Source: Steroidobacteraceae bacterium
GTDB taxonomy: Bacteria; Pseudomonadota; Gammaproteobacteria; Steroidobacterales; Steroidobacteraceae
Direction of reading: 5' to 3'
NCBI GenBank assembly: GCA_035493235.1
Contig: DATJIP010000106.1
Location: 26,610 to 90,609 of the forward strand
DNA: 64,000 nt
Positions 18,672 through 28,494 of the stretch are shown here, piece by piece. Below the pieces are notes generated by a model. The model had not been told where the DNA came from and did no database searches. It was given only the letters and a program-made list of their open reading frames with translations. Position 1 is the first letter of the stretch. Each line of letters starts with the position of its first letter. The translations under genes were made by a program, and so were the position numbers.

Positions 18672-19346
18672 CTATCGCGTCCGGCGCGGTCGCTTCGCAG
18701 CGGGCGGCTCTTCCGAGCGCGTTTTATCGCGGAACTCGCACAGCTCCAGGATCGGGCACTCGGGGCATTTCGGCTTGCGCGCCACGCATGTGTAGCGGCC
18801 GTGCAGGATCAGCCAGTGATGCGCGTCGTGCAGATACTCGGGCGGCACGACCTTCAACAGATGGTCTTCCACTTCGCGCACGTTCTCGCCGGGTGCCAGG
18901 CCGGTGCGATTCGCGACGCGGAAGATGTGCGTGTCCACCGCGATCGTCGGTTGCCCGAACGCGGTATTCAGGATCACGTTCGCCGTTTTGCGGCCGACGC
19001 CGGGAAGCGCTTCGAGCGCTGCGCGCTCTTGCGGGACTTCGCCGCCGTGCTGCGCCAGCAGGAGGCGGCACATCTCGATGACGTTCTTCGCCTTCGAGTT
19101 GTAGAGCCCGATCGTCTTGATGTACTCGGACAGGCCGCCGATGCCGAGCTTGAAGATCGCCTGCGGCGTGTTCGCGTGCTTGAACAGGGTGCGCGTCGCG
19201 AGGTTGACGCTCTTGTCGGTCGCCTGCGCCGAAAGAATCACTGCGACCAGCAGCTCGAACGGTGTGCTGTACTCGAGCTCGGTGGTGGGCTTTGGATTGA
19301 GCGACTTGAGGCGCGCGAAGATGGCGGCGACTTTCTTCTTGTTCAT
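18672..19346 (-). CDS. nth: Endonuclease III
   Basis: LSAQATD, LPGVGRKTANV, VDTHIFRV, C-x6-C-x2-C-x5-C. Confidence 0.96.
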   Translation of the reverse strand: MNKKKVAAIFARLKSLNPKPTTELEYSTPFELLVAVILSAQATDKSVNLATRTLFKHANTPQAIFKLGIGGLSEYIKTIGLYNSKAKNVIEMCRLLLAQHGGEVPQERAALEALPGVGRKTANVILNTAFGQPTIAVDTHIFRVANRTGLAPGENVREVEDHLLKVVPPEYLHDAHHWLILHGRYTCVARKPKCPECPILELCEFRDKTRSEEPPAAKRPRRTR

Positions 19347-19951
19347 GAGCGACGCTGAATGAACCAGTTGCGGGCAGCGAGCAGCAGACCAAAGGCAATG
19401 AAAGCGCCGGGCGGCAGCATCGCGAGCAGGAATCCCATGTCGACGCGGAATACGCTCAACTCCGACCAGCCGGCCCAGGCTCCGAGGAGACTATGGGCAT
19501 CGTGCAGGAACGAGCCGCGGCCGACGAGCTCGCGCGCAATACCGAGCGGCAGCAGCGTAATCGCGATGCCGATCGCAATCCGCAGGCTTTCGGTGACTGC
19601 GGCGGCGAAGCTTTCATGTCGCGCGTACACGTGCTGAACGACGATCAAGTTCGACACGATCAGCGGCACGAACAGCGTGAGCGACGTGCGCAGCTCGCTG
19701 AACCACGCGCTCGACAGCAGCTCGACGCACGCGACGAGGGCTGCGATCGTCAGCATGCTCGCTGCGAGCGCAGTCTCGTTCTCCAGGCGCGATCGCATGA
19801 CCGCAAGCAAGGCGGTTGCGAGTGGCACGACGATCAGCACGATGACGCCGATACCGAGGGCATTGGCGACGGTGTCGCTCATCGCAAGCAGCGGACAGAC
19901 AGCGATGAGCTGCACCGTGCTGCCGAATTTCCGCGAGCTAGGAGTGCTCAT
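19343..19951 (-). CDS. rnfE: Rnf/Rsx electron transport complex subunit E (divergent)
   Basis: QLIAVCPLLAMS, RELVGRG, FLLAMLPPGAF; position between rnfG and nth. Confidence 0.85.
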   Translation of the reverse strand: MSTPSSRKFGSTVQLIAVCPLLAMSDTVANALGIGVIVLIVVPLATALLAVMRSRLENETALAASMLTIAALVACVELLSSAWFSELRTSLTLFVPLIVSNLIVVQHVYARHESFAAAVTESLRIAIGIAITLLPLGIARELVGRGSFLHDAHSLLGAWAGWSELSVFRVDMGFLLAMLPPGAFIAFGLLLAARNWFIQRRS

Positions 19952-20564
19952 TGGCGGGTTGATCGAAGATGCGTCGACTGTTGCGCTGATAGTACTCGAG
20001 CGCGTTGCGCACGGCCTTGACGATCGCGCGCGGCGTGATCGTCGCGCCGGTGAAGGCGTCGAAGTCGCCGCCGTCGCGACGCACGGTCCAGCGTTGCGAG
20101 GGCGGATCGGTCAGCGAGCGGCCGCGAAAGTGATCGAGCCAATGGATGTCGCGCGACTCGAACGCATCGCCGAGGCCGGGAGTTTCCTGGTGACGGATCA
20201 CTTGCACGCCGATCAGCCGGCCGTCCGGACCGACCGCCACGAGCAGCTCGATCGGTCCGCGATAACCATCCGGCGCAATCGGTCGCAGCACTGCCGCTAC
20301 GGGCGCGCCGCCACGCCTTGCTCGATAGATCATGACCGGCTGGGACGAGCCGAGCAGATCGGGTGCAGTGACGGCAATCGAATCGGTGAGCAAATCGTTG
20401 TCGTGCGTCGCCGGCGGCACCAGTGCATCGAGACGCTGCCTGATCCACGCCTGCTCGTTGCTGGCGATGCGTTCGCGCGTGAAGCTCGCAACCAGCGCCA
20501 GCACCGCAGTGAGTACGGCCGCGATGATCGCCAGGGTCAGCGCGGGTTTAACGGGCATGCCCAT
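19938..20564 (-). CDS. rnfG: Rnf/Rsx subunit G
   Basis: HQETPGLGD, FDAFTGATITP FMN-binding motif. Confidence 0.92.
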   Translation of the reverse strand: MGMPVKPALTLAIIAAVLTAVLALVASFTRERIASNEQAWIRQRLDALVPPATHDNDLLTDSIAVTAPDLLGSSQPVMIYRARRGGAPVAAVLRPIAPDGYRGPIELLVAVGPDGRLIGVQVIRHQETPGLGDAFESRDIHWLDHFRGRSLTDPPSQRWTVRRDGGDFDAFTGATITPRAIVKAVRNALEYYQRNSRRIFDQPANEHS

Positions 20565-21597
20565 AGATGCGCGGAATCGTGTAGCGATCGATGAGCGGCA
20601 CGGTCAGATTCATGATCAGCACTGCGAACGCGACGCCGTCGGGATAGCCGCCCCAGGTGCGGATGACGTATGTCAGCACACCGATGCCGGCGCCGTAGAT
20701 GAGCTTGCCGCGATCGCTCGTTGCTGCCGAGACCGGATCGGTCGCGATGAAGAACGCTCCGAGCATGCTCGCGCCAGAGGTCAGGTGGAACAGCGGTCCA
20801 GCGTAGCCGCCGGGGTCCGCCGCCGACATGATCGAAGCGCAGACGAACAACGCGGTGAGCATCGCGACCGGGATGTGCCAGCGAATGATCCGCAGCGCCA
20901 GCAGCCAGCCGCCGCCCGCGAGCGTCGCGAGATTGATCCATTCCCAGCCCTTGCCGCCGAAGGTGCTGAACATCGCGTTGGCATGCGCTTCGCCCATCGT
21001 CATGCCGAGTGCAAGATCGGTGCGCAGCGCGTCGAGCGGCGTCGGCGACGTGATGGCGTCCCAGGTGAAGCGCGCGGGCGGCATGCCGGTGAAAATCGTC
21101 GTCAGCGTGTCGACGAACGACAACGATGCGGGTTCGAGCCCCGCGACGTTCGGCGGCAGCCACTGCAGCATCCGTGCGGGGAACGAAACGAGCAGCACGG
21201 CGTAGCCGACCATGGCTGGATTGAATGGATTCGCGCCGAGCCCGCCGAACAGATGCTTGGCTAGCAAGATCGCGAACGCGACGCCGCTGACTACGAGCCA
21301 CCATGGCGCGAGTGGCGGCAGGCACAGCGCGAGTAGTACGGCGGTGATGATGGCGCTGCCATCGAGCAGGAAGGGCGGCAGCGGCTTGCCCCGCAGGCGC
21401 AGAGCGGCAGCTTCGGCAGCGAGCGCGGTCACGACGCCGAGCACGATCTGGATCAGCAACCCCGGGCCGAAGAACACGACGTGCAACGCGACCGTCGGGA
21501 TCAACGCGTACAACACTTGCCGCATCACGCGCGCGACGCTGCTCGGAGCGACCACGTGGGGAGCCGGTGCTGTGGCGAATGGCATCGGTGCAGTCAC
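20548..21597 (-). CDS. rnfD: Rnf/Rsx subunit D
   Basis: AKHLFGGLGANPFNPAM, TSPTPLD, FFIATDPVS, GGYPDGVAFA. Confidence 0.93.
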   Translation of the reverse strand: MTAPMPFATAPAPHVVAPSSVARVMRQVLYALIPTVALHVVFFGPGLLIQIVLGVVTALAAEAAALRLRGKPLPPFLLDGSAIITAVLLALCLPPLAPWWLVVSGVAFAILLAKHLFGGLGANPFNPAMVGYAVLLVSFPARMLQWLPPNVAGLEPASLSFVDTLTTIFTGMPPARFTWDAITSPTPLDALRTDLALGMTMGEAHANAMFSTFGGKGWEWINLATLAGGGWLLALRIIRWHIPVAMLTALFVCASIMSAADPGGYAGPLFHLTSGASMLGAFFIATDPVSAATSDRGKLIYGAGIGVLTYVIRTWGGYPDGVAFAVLIMNLTVPLIDRYTIPRIYGHAR

Positions 21598-23048
21598 GAC
21601 GATTTCTTCGCAAGCTCCTGACGTTTTTTCGCGAGCGCGGCCAGCCGCTCGCTCTCGATATGTTCGAGCCGGGCAGTCCTCGCGTCGAAACGCGTGCGTG
21701 CCGCGGCAGCGCTGCCGCGCGCGGCGAGACGCTCGGTCAGCGCGGGCTTCATATCACGAAAGCGCTCGGCCAGCGGAATCTGGCTCGGGCACACGTAGTC
21801 GCAGCAGCCGCATTCGATGCAATCCATCAGTCCGTACGCTTCGAGTGCATCTAGGTCGCGGCCCATTGCGTACCAGTGCAGCTGCTGCGGCAGCAGCGTT
21901 GCCGGGCAAACCTCGGCGCAGTTGCCGCAGCGGATGCAGGGCATCTCGGCTGCGCGCGGCTGCAGATCCAGCGCCGAGGCGGCGATGATGCAGTTGGTCG
22001 CCTTGATGACCGGCATGCCATCGTGCGGCAGCGATTGACCCATCATCGACCCGCCCATGATGAGTCGTGACATGCGGCTGGTGTAGCCACCGCAGTCGTA
22101 GATCAAAGCGGCCAACGGCGTGCCGAGGCGCACGTCGAGATTGCGTTGTTCGAGCACACCGTCGCCGGTGACCGTGACGATGCGATTGGTCAGCGGCTGC
22201 GCATCGCGAATCCAGTACGCGACGGCCGCTGCAGTCCCGACGTTCAGGCACACAGTGTTCACGTCGGCAGGCAGCCCGCCGGCCGGCACTTCGACGTCGA
22301 AGACTGCAGTGATGAGCTGCCTCTCGCCGCCGGCTGGGTAGTCGCTCCCCACCTGTCGCAATTGAATTCGCTGGTCGTGCGCTTCGGCAATTGCGGCTTC
22401 GAGTGCGGCGGCTGCCTGCGGGGTGTCGTCTTCAATTGCGATCACGCACGTTTGTGCTGTGAGCGCATGAAGCAGCACGCGCGCGCCGAACACGACATCG
22501 CGAGCCCGTTCGCGCATCAGCATGTCGTCGCAGCTGATGTACGGCTCGCACTCGGCACCATTGAGCAGCAGCCGCAACTCCTGGCCGCGGACAGCGCTGC
22601 TCAGTTTCGCGGCGGTCGGAAAGACTGCGCCGCCGAGTCCGACGATTCCGCCGCGACCAATGATTTCGCGCAGTTGTTCGGGCGACAGCTGATCGAATGG
22701 CGCCGGCGCAGGCTGCGCGTAGCGCTCATCGCGGCCGTCGTTCGCGACGACGATGCTCAACGTGGGCGCTCCGAGTCGATGCGGCGCCGGTCGCGGCTCG
22801 ATCGCGGCAACGGTCCCGGAGGCCGGTGAATGCAGCCACGCACTGATTGCACCGCCCGGCTCAGCGATCGGCTGTCCACGCAGCACTCGCTCGCCCGGTT
22901 TGACCAGCGGCACGGCCGGAGCGCCCGCGTGCTGGTCGAGTGGTAGCACCAGCGTCTCGACCGAACTCGCGGCACGCAGCGCCTGCGCGGTCGACCGCTC
23001 TTTATGAGCATCGAGCCGCAGTCCGCCGCGCACACCGGGCTTGGCCAT
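21594..23048 (-). CDS. rnfC: Rnf/Rsx subunit C
   Basis: GIVGLGGAVFPT, NGAECEPY, CIRCGNCAEVCP, CIECGCCDYVCP. Start MAKPG at 23048. Confidence 0.93.
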   Translation of the reverse strand: MAKPGVRGGLRLDAHKERSTAQALRAASSVETLVLPLDQHAGAPAVPLVKPGERVLRGQPIAEPGGAISAWLHSPASGTVAAIEPRPAPHRLGAPTLSIVVANDGRDERYAQPAPAPFDQLSPEQLREIIGRGGIVGLGGAVFPTAAKLSSAVRGQELRLLLNGAECEPYISCDDMLMRERARDVVFGARVLLHALTAQTCVIAIEDDTPQAAAALEAAIAEAHDQRIQLRQVGSDYPAGGERQLITAVFDVEVPAGGLPADVNTVCLNVGTAAAVAYWIRDAQPLTNRIVTVTGDGVLEQRNLDVRLGTPLAALIYDCGGYTSRMSRLIMGGSMMGQSLPHDGMPVIKATNCIIAASALDLQPRAAEMPCIRCGNCAEVCPATLLPQQLHWYAMGRDLDALEAYGLMDCIECGCCDYVCPSQIPLAERFRDMKPALTERLAARGSAAAARTRFDARTARLEHIESERLAALAKKRQELAKKSS

Positions 23049-23050
23049 GG

Positions 23051-23551
23051 TCAGGCCGACGCGGGTCGCATGACGATGCAATCGACGGGGCAGGGCGGGA
23101 TGCACAGCTCGCAGCCCGTGCACTGGTCCGCGATGACCGTGTGCATGAACTTCGAGGCGCCGACGATTGCATCGACCGGACACGCTTGAATGCATTTGAC
23201 GCAGCCGATGCACGCAGACTCGTCGATCCATGCGACCAGCGGCTGCGCCCGCACGGCGCCGAAGCGCGGATCGACGGGGCGCGGCTCGCGGCCCAGCAGA
23301 TTCGCCAGCGCCGCGGCCGTGGCGTTGCCTCCCGGTGGGCACTGATCGATGTCGGCCTCGCCGCTCGCGAGCGCGCTCGCATAGGGACGGCATCCCGAGA
23401 ACGTGCAGCGGCCGCATTGCGTTTGCGGCAGCAGCGCGTCGATCTCGTCGATCAGCCGCTTCTGGTCCTCGTTCGAACGACGTGTCGCGAGCGCAGCGGC
23501 GGCGCCGGCCGCGGCGGCCAATCCAACCATGGTCAGCAGCGCGGGCAACAT
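23051..23551 (-). CDS. rnfB: Rnf/Rsx subunit B
   Basis: LPQTQCGRC...CPPGG, CIGCVKCIQACPVD, CTGCELCIPPCPVDC. Confidence 0.92.
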   Translation of the reverse strand: MLPALLTMVGLAAAAGAAAALATRRSNEDQKRLIDEIDALLPQTQCGRCTFSGCRPYASALASGEADIDQCPPGGNATAAALANLLGREPRPVDPRFGAVRAQPLVAWIDESACIGCVKCIQACPVDAIVGASKFMHTVIADQCTGCELCIPPCPVDCIVMRPASA

Positions 23552-23553
23552 GA

Positions 23554-24132
23554 CTATTCCTGAATCAGTCCGCTGAAGCCCATGAACGCGAGCGCCATGA
23601 TCCCGGCTGTGATCAGCGCGAGTGGCGCCTCGCGAAAGATCATCGGCACGTCGGCGTGCTGCAGTCTTTCGTACAGCGCAGCGAACGCCAGCAGCAGCAC
23701 GGCGAGTGCCACCGCTGCCCCGATCGCCAGCAACACGGCGACGCCAAAATTCGCGGATCGCAGATCTGTAATGAGCGCGATGCCGAGCAATGCAGTGTTC
23801 GTGATCATCACCAGTGCAAAGCCGGGCTGTTGCGTCAGGATTCCCCGACGACGGCGCAACGCAACCTCCAGCAGCGGCACGACGATCAACACCACCGCGA
23901 CGAGCATCGGTGTGCGCAGGTACTCCAGGTGCCACGGCCCGAGCACCAACCGCGCGACGAGCCAGCCGAGCAACGCGACGGCAGGAACAGCGACGAGACC
24001 AAGGAGTGCGACGACACGCGCGCCGCCGAAGATGTCGGTCGGCGTGACGAACGGACGCCACTGCGGCATGTGCGCGAGTACCACTGTCGTGACCAGCACG
24101 CTGCTCAACAGAACCATGAGCAGAGCAACCAT
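23554..24132 (-). CDS. rnfA: Rnf/Rsx subunit A (divergent, no cysteines)
   Basis: LEYLRT, ERL..ADVP..FR, LITAGIMALAFMGFSGL C-terminus; first gene of the operon. Confidence 0.88.
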   Translation of the reverse strand: MVALLMVLLSSVLVTTVVLAHMPQWRPFVTPTDIFGGARVVALLGLVAVPAVALLGWLVARLVLGPWHLEYLRTPMLVAVVLIVVPLLEVALRRRRGILTQQPGFALVMITNTALLGIALITDLRSANFGVAVLLAIGAAVALAVLLLAFAALYERLQHADVPMIFREAPLALITAGIMALAFMGFSGLIQE

Positions 24133-24138
24133 GACGCG

Positions 24139-26208
24139 CTACTTCACTTTCATCCCCGGCGTCGCGCCCGCATCCGGCGCCAGCAGGAAGATGTCTTTGC
24201 CGCCGGGCCCAGCCGCGAGCACCATGCCTTCGGACACGCCGAAGCGCATCTTGCGTGGCTTGAGATTCGCCAGCACCAGCGTCATGCGTCCTGGCAGCTG
24301 CTCCGGCGCATAAGCGGAGCGAATGCCGGCAAAGACCGTGCGCTGACCTTCGCCGAGATCGAGCGTCAGCTTCAGCAGCTTGTCGGCGCCCTCGACGATT
24401 TCGGCAGCGACGATCTTCGCGATGCGCAGGTCGAGCTTCGCGAAGTCATCCACCGTCACCTCGCCTGCGGCGGGTGCGGCAGCGGGTGCAGCGGCTGGCG
24501 CCGGTGCTTTCGTCTCGGGCTTCGTCGCGGCCTCGTCGAGACCGAGCAGGGCATCGAGCTGCTTTGCTTCCGCACGCGTCATCAGATGCTCGTACGAACC
24601 AATGATGTGATTCTCGAGCAGCTGTTGCGAATCCTGCCATTGCAGCGGCGGAATACGCAGGAACTGTTCGACGGCCTCGGCCACCTTCGGCAGGACCGGC
24701 TTCAGATAGATCGTGAGCAGGCGGAACACGTTCAGGCTGACCGTGCACACCTCTGCGAGTCGCGCATCGTTCTGCGCATCTTTCGCCAGCTCCCAAGGAG
24801 CGTTCTGTGCAATGTAGGCGTTCGCTGCGTCCGCTGCTTCCATGATCTCGCGCAGCGCTTTGCCGAACTCACGTTGCTCGTAGTACGTCGCGATCGTCTG
24901 TGACGCCGCGCGCACGTCGTCGAGCATGCGATTGTTCGCAACGCTGCCGAGCCGCCCGCCGAAACGCTTGGCGACGAAACCGGCCGTGCGGCTCGCGATG
25001 TTCACATACTTGCCGACCAGGTCGCTGTTGACGCGCGCCACGAAGTCGTCGGGGTTGAACTCCATGTCCTCGACGTTCGCATTGAGCTTCGCCGCAATGT
25101 AATAGCGCAGCCACTCCGGGTTCATGCCGAGCTCGAGGTAGCGCAGCGGGCTCAGGCCCGTGCCGCGCGACTTCGACATCTTGGCGCCGCCGAGCATGAT
25201 GAAGCCGTGCACGTAGACGTGATCCGGCACTTTGCGGCCGGCGAACTTCAGCATCGCCGGCCAGAACAGCGTATGGAAGTAGATGATGTCCTTGCCGATG
25301 ATGTGGATCTGCTCCGTGTCCGGCGCGGCGAGGAATTCATCGAAGCTGCGCGGCTCGCCGTTGGCGCGCGCCTTGCCGCTGTCGAAGTAATTCTTGAGCG
25401 AGGCGAGATAGCCGACCGGCGCGTCCAGCCACACGTAGAAGAACTTTCCCGGCGCGTCCGGGATCGGAATGCCGAAGTACGGCGCGTCGCGCGAGATGTC
25501 CCAGTCGCCGAGCTGCTGGTCGCCGCTGCCGCTGATCCATTCGCGCGCCTTGTTCGCGACCGACGGCTGCAGCCGTCCCGGCGCGTCGAGCCAGCTCTTC
25601 ATGAAGTCGATGCACTTCGGGTCGGAGAGCCGGAAGAAGTAGTGGTCGGAGCTCTTGCGCACCGGCGCCACGCCCGACAGCGTCGAGTAAGGATCGATCA
25701 GGTCGGTCGGCGCGTAGACGGAACTGCAGTTCTCGCACGCGTCGCCGTACTGGTCCTTGGTGTGGCACACCGGGCACTCGCCCTTGATGTAGCGATCCGG
25801 CAGGAACATCTGCTTCACCGGATCGAAGAACTGCTCGACCGGCTTCACGTAGATCAGGCCCGCCGTCTTGAGCTTGCGGTAGATGTCGGTCGACAGCTCG
25901 AAGTTTTCGGGCGAGTGCGTCGTGTACCAGTGATCGAAACTGAGCAGAAAGCCGTCGAGATACTGACGCCGCCCGGCGCCGATCCGGCGGATCAGCTCCT
26001 CCGGCGTGATCCCCTCGGCTTCGGCCTTCAGCATGATCGGCGCACCGTGGGTGTCGTCGGCGCCGACGAAGTGCACCGGCCGGCCCTGCATGCGCTGGAA
26101 GCGCACCCAGATGTCGGCCTGGATGTACTCCATGATGTGGCCGATGTGAAACGGTCCGTTCGAGAACGGCAGCGCAGTCGTGATGAAGAGGGGACGCAGA
26201 GAACTCAT
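24139..26208 (-). CDS. metG: Methionine--tRNA ligase
   Basis: HIGH, KMSKS, Zn knuckle, C-terminal OB domain. Start MSSLRPLF at 26208. Confidence 0.96.
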   Translation of the reverse strand: MSSLRPLFITTALPFSNGPFHIGHIMEYIQADIWVRFQRMQGRPVHFVGADDTHGAPIMLKAEAEGITPEELIRRIGAGRRQYLDGFLLSFDHWYTTHSPENFELSTDIYRKLKTAGLIYVKPVEQFFDPVKQMFLPDRYIKGECPVCHTKDQYGDACENCSSVYAPTDLIDPYSTLSGVAPVRKSSDHYFFRLSDPKCIDFMKSWLDAPGRLQPSVANKAREWISGSGDQQLGDWDISRDAPYFGIPIPDAPGKFFYVWLDAPVGYLASLKNYFDSGKARANGEPRSFDEFLAAPDTEQIHIIGKDIIYFHTLFWPAMLKFAGRKVPDHVYVHGFIMLGGAKMSKSRGTGLSPLRYLELGMNPEWLRYYIAAKLNANVEDMEFNPDDFVARVNSDLVGKYVNIASRTAGFVAKRFGGRLGSVANNRMLDDVRAASQTIATYYEQREFGKALREIMEAADAANAYIAQNAPWELAKDAQNDARLAEVCTVSLNVFRLLTIYLKPVLPKVAEAVEQFLRIPPLQWQDSQQLLENHIIGSYEHLMTRAEAKQLDALLGLDEAATKPETKAPAPAAAPAAAPAAGEVTVDDFAKLDLRIAKIVAAEIVEGADKLLKLTLDLGEGQRTVFAGIRSAYAPEQLPGRMTLVLANLKPRKMRFGVSEGMVLAAGPGGKDIFLLAPDAGATPGMKVK

Positions 26209-26219
26209 GCCACCGATGA

Positions 26220-26264
26220 TAGCGGACTCTCCCTCATCCGCTATCCGCCAACCGCTATCCGCGC
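26220..26264. repeat. Heptamer tandem repeat (tccgcta/tccgcca/accgcta/tccgcgc) plus an inverted copy
   Basis: Four degenerate 7-mers at 26237-26264; tagcgga at 26220-26226. Confidence 0.6.
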
Positions 26265-27374
26265 CTAGCCGTTGTCCTTGACCGGCTCGAACTTCGCCTT
26301 GTTGATGGCTTTCTTGTAGGCGTCCTTGCCGCTGATCATGGCCTTGTCGAGCAGCTCCTGGATCGCGGAATCCATCGTCCGCATGCCATGCGCGGCGCCG
26401 CTCTGCATGGTGTTTTCCAGCTGGTCGAGCTTGCCCTGGCGGATCAGGTTCGCCACCGCCGGCGTGTTCACCATGATTTCCAGCGCTGCAACGCGGCCGG
26501 GTTTGCCCGCCTTGGGGATCAGCTGCTGCGAGATCACGCCGCGCAGCGAGGTCGAAAGCATCGCGCGCACGTGCTGCTGCTTGTCCGCCGGGAAGGCATT
26601 GACCATGCGATCCACCGTCGGCGCGGCGCCGTTGGTGTGCAGCGTGCCCATCACGAGAATGCCCATTTCGGCGGCGGTGACCGCCGCGCTCATCGTCTCG
26701 TAGTCGCGCAACTCGCCGACCAGGATGATGTCCGGATCCTCGCGCAGGGCCGACAGCAGCGCTTCGTAGAACGACGGGGCGTGGGTGCCGATCTCGCGCT
26801 GGCTGATCAGGCAACTCTTGCGCGGGTGCACGAACTCGATCGGGTCTTCGATCGTCAGGATGTGGCCCTTCAGCCGCGTGTTCATGTCGTCGATCATCGC
26901 CGCGAGCGTCGTCGACTTGCCCGAGCCGGTCTTGCCGGTCACCAGGATCAGACCGTTGTTCACCTTGCAGAGGTTGCGCACCGCGTCCGGCATGTTGAGC
27001 TGGTCGAGCGTGAGCGCTTTGGACGGAATCGCACGGCAGACGCAGCCGAGACCGTAGAGGTGTCGCATCACATTGACGCGGAAGCGCGAGATGCCGGGAA
27101 TGATGTAGGCGAAATCTGCGCCGTTCTTTTCTTCCAGTCGCTGCTGTGCGGCCCGCGGCATGATCTCGCGCAGCGTCTCTTCGACGAACTGCGGCGACAG
27201 GATCTCCGATCGCAGCGGCTGCAACTCGCCGTACATGCGGATGCGCGGCGGATCGCCTGCGATGAAGTGCAGGTCCGAGCCGTTGCGCTGGAGAACCTCT
27301 TTCAGGTACTCGTCGATGCGTCGCGGGACGTAGGTGTTCGCGGTTGCGCCGCTGACTGGTTCGGTGCTGCTCAT
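26265..27374 (-). CDS. PilT/PilU-family type IV pilus ATPase
   Basis: [40 protein letters not shown]. Confidence 0.92.
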   Translation of the reverse strand: MSSTEPVSGATANTYVPRRIDEYLKEVLQRNGSDLHFIAGDPPRIRMYGELQPLRSEILSPQFVEETLREIMPRAAQQRLEEKNGADFAYIIPGISRFRVNVMRHLYGLGCVCRAIPSKALTLDQLNMPDAVRNLCKVNNGLILVTGKTGSGKSTTLAAMIDDMNTRLKGHILTIEDPIEFVHPRKSCLISQREIGTHAPSFYEALLSALREDPDIILVGELRDYETMSAAVTAAEMGILVMGTLHTNGAAPTVDRMVNAFPADKQQHVRAMLSTSLRGVISQQLIPKAGKPGRVAALEIMVNTPAVANLIRQGKLDQLENTMQSGAAHGMRTMDSAIQELLDKAMISGKDAYKKAINKAKFEPVKDNG

Positions 27375-27381
27375 GGTGCTG

Positions 27382-28476
27382 CTAGCCGGGCGCGAGGTCG
27401 AACTTCGGCAGGACGGTCGTGTCGGTCACGAACTTCGAGAACAAGCGCTTGTCGCTCGCGTATACGTAGGCATCGTCGGGGTCGATCTCCTTCGCCTGGA
27501 CGTTCTGCAACAGCGCCTGATCGAGCATCTGCATGCCGAGGTCTTTGCCGGTCTGCAGCTGCGTCGGAATCTGGTGCGTTTGGTCGGTCATGATCAGCTT
27601 GCCGATCGCGCGCGTCAGCACCATGACTTCGCAGATCGCCTTGCGGCCGCGCTGATCCGCGGTCTTCACCAGCACCTGCGTGATGACGGCGATGAGGCTC
27701 TGCGACAGGAAGCTCTTGGTCTGCTCGCGCTCGTCCGCCGGCAGCGCGTCGACGACGCGGTCGATGGTTTTCACGGCGCCGGTCGTGTGCAGCGTGCCGA
27801 GCACGAGATGCCCGGTTTCGGCGGCAGTCATCGCCCAGCGGATCGTGTCCGCGTCGCGCAACTCGCCGACCAGAATCACGTCGGGGTCCTCGCGCATCGC
27901 CGCGCGCACGCCCTCGGCAAAGGTGGGCAGGTGCGTGTTGAGCTCGCGCTGGATGATCTGGCTGCCCTTGCTCTTGTGCACGAACTCGATCGGATCCTCG
28001 AGGCTGATGATGTTCAGCTTGCGGGTCGAATTCAGGTGATCGATCATCGCCGCGAGCGTCGTCGACTTGCCGGTGCCGGTCGAGCCGGTGACCAGGATCA
28101 TGCCCTGGTGGTGGTCGCACAGCTTCTTGACGATCGGCGGCAGCCCGAGCTTGTCGAGCGACGGCGGATCGGCAGGGATGGCGCGGAACGTCGCGCCGAT
28201 GCCGGTGTCCTTGCGGAACACGTTCACGCGGAAGCGCCCGCCGTTCGACGACACGTAGGAGAAGTCGACGTCGTGGCCCTTGCGCAGGCGATCCTGGTTC
28301 GGCTTGCTGACGATCTCGACGATGTAGCCTTCCAGCTCCGCCTGGCTCAGGTCGCGGAACTTGATGGGCATCAGGTCGCCGTGCATGCGCAGGAGCGGCG
28401 GCAGACCGACGGCGAAGTGGATGTCCGAGCAGCCCTGGTCGGTGCCCAGCTTGAGGAATGCGTCGATACGTGCCAT
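27382..28476 (-). CDS. PilT/PilU-family type IV pilus ATPase
   Basis: SDIH, GSTGTGKSTT, SLEDPIE, LVGELRD, GTLHT. Confidence 0.92.
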   Translation of the reverse strand: MARIDAFLKLGTDQGCSDIHFAVGLPPLLRMHGDLMPIKFRDLSQAELEGYIVEIVSKPNQDRLRKGHDVDFSYVSSNGGRFRVNVFRKDTGIGATFRAIPADPPSLDKLGLPPIVKKLCDHHQGMILVTGSTGTGKSTTLAAMIDHLNSTRKLNIISLEDPIEFVHKSKGSQIIQRELNTHLPTFAEGVRAAMREDPDVILVGELRDADTIRWAMTAAETGHLVLGTLHTTGAVKTIDRVVDALPADEREQTKSFLSQSLIAVITQVLVKTADQRGRKAICEVMVLTRAIGKLIMTDQTHQIPTQLQTGKDLGMQMLDQALLQNVQAKEIDPDDAYVYASDKRLFSKFVTDTTVLPKFDLAPG

Positions 28477-28494
28477 GAGGAGCGGAGGGTACCG

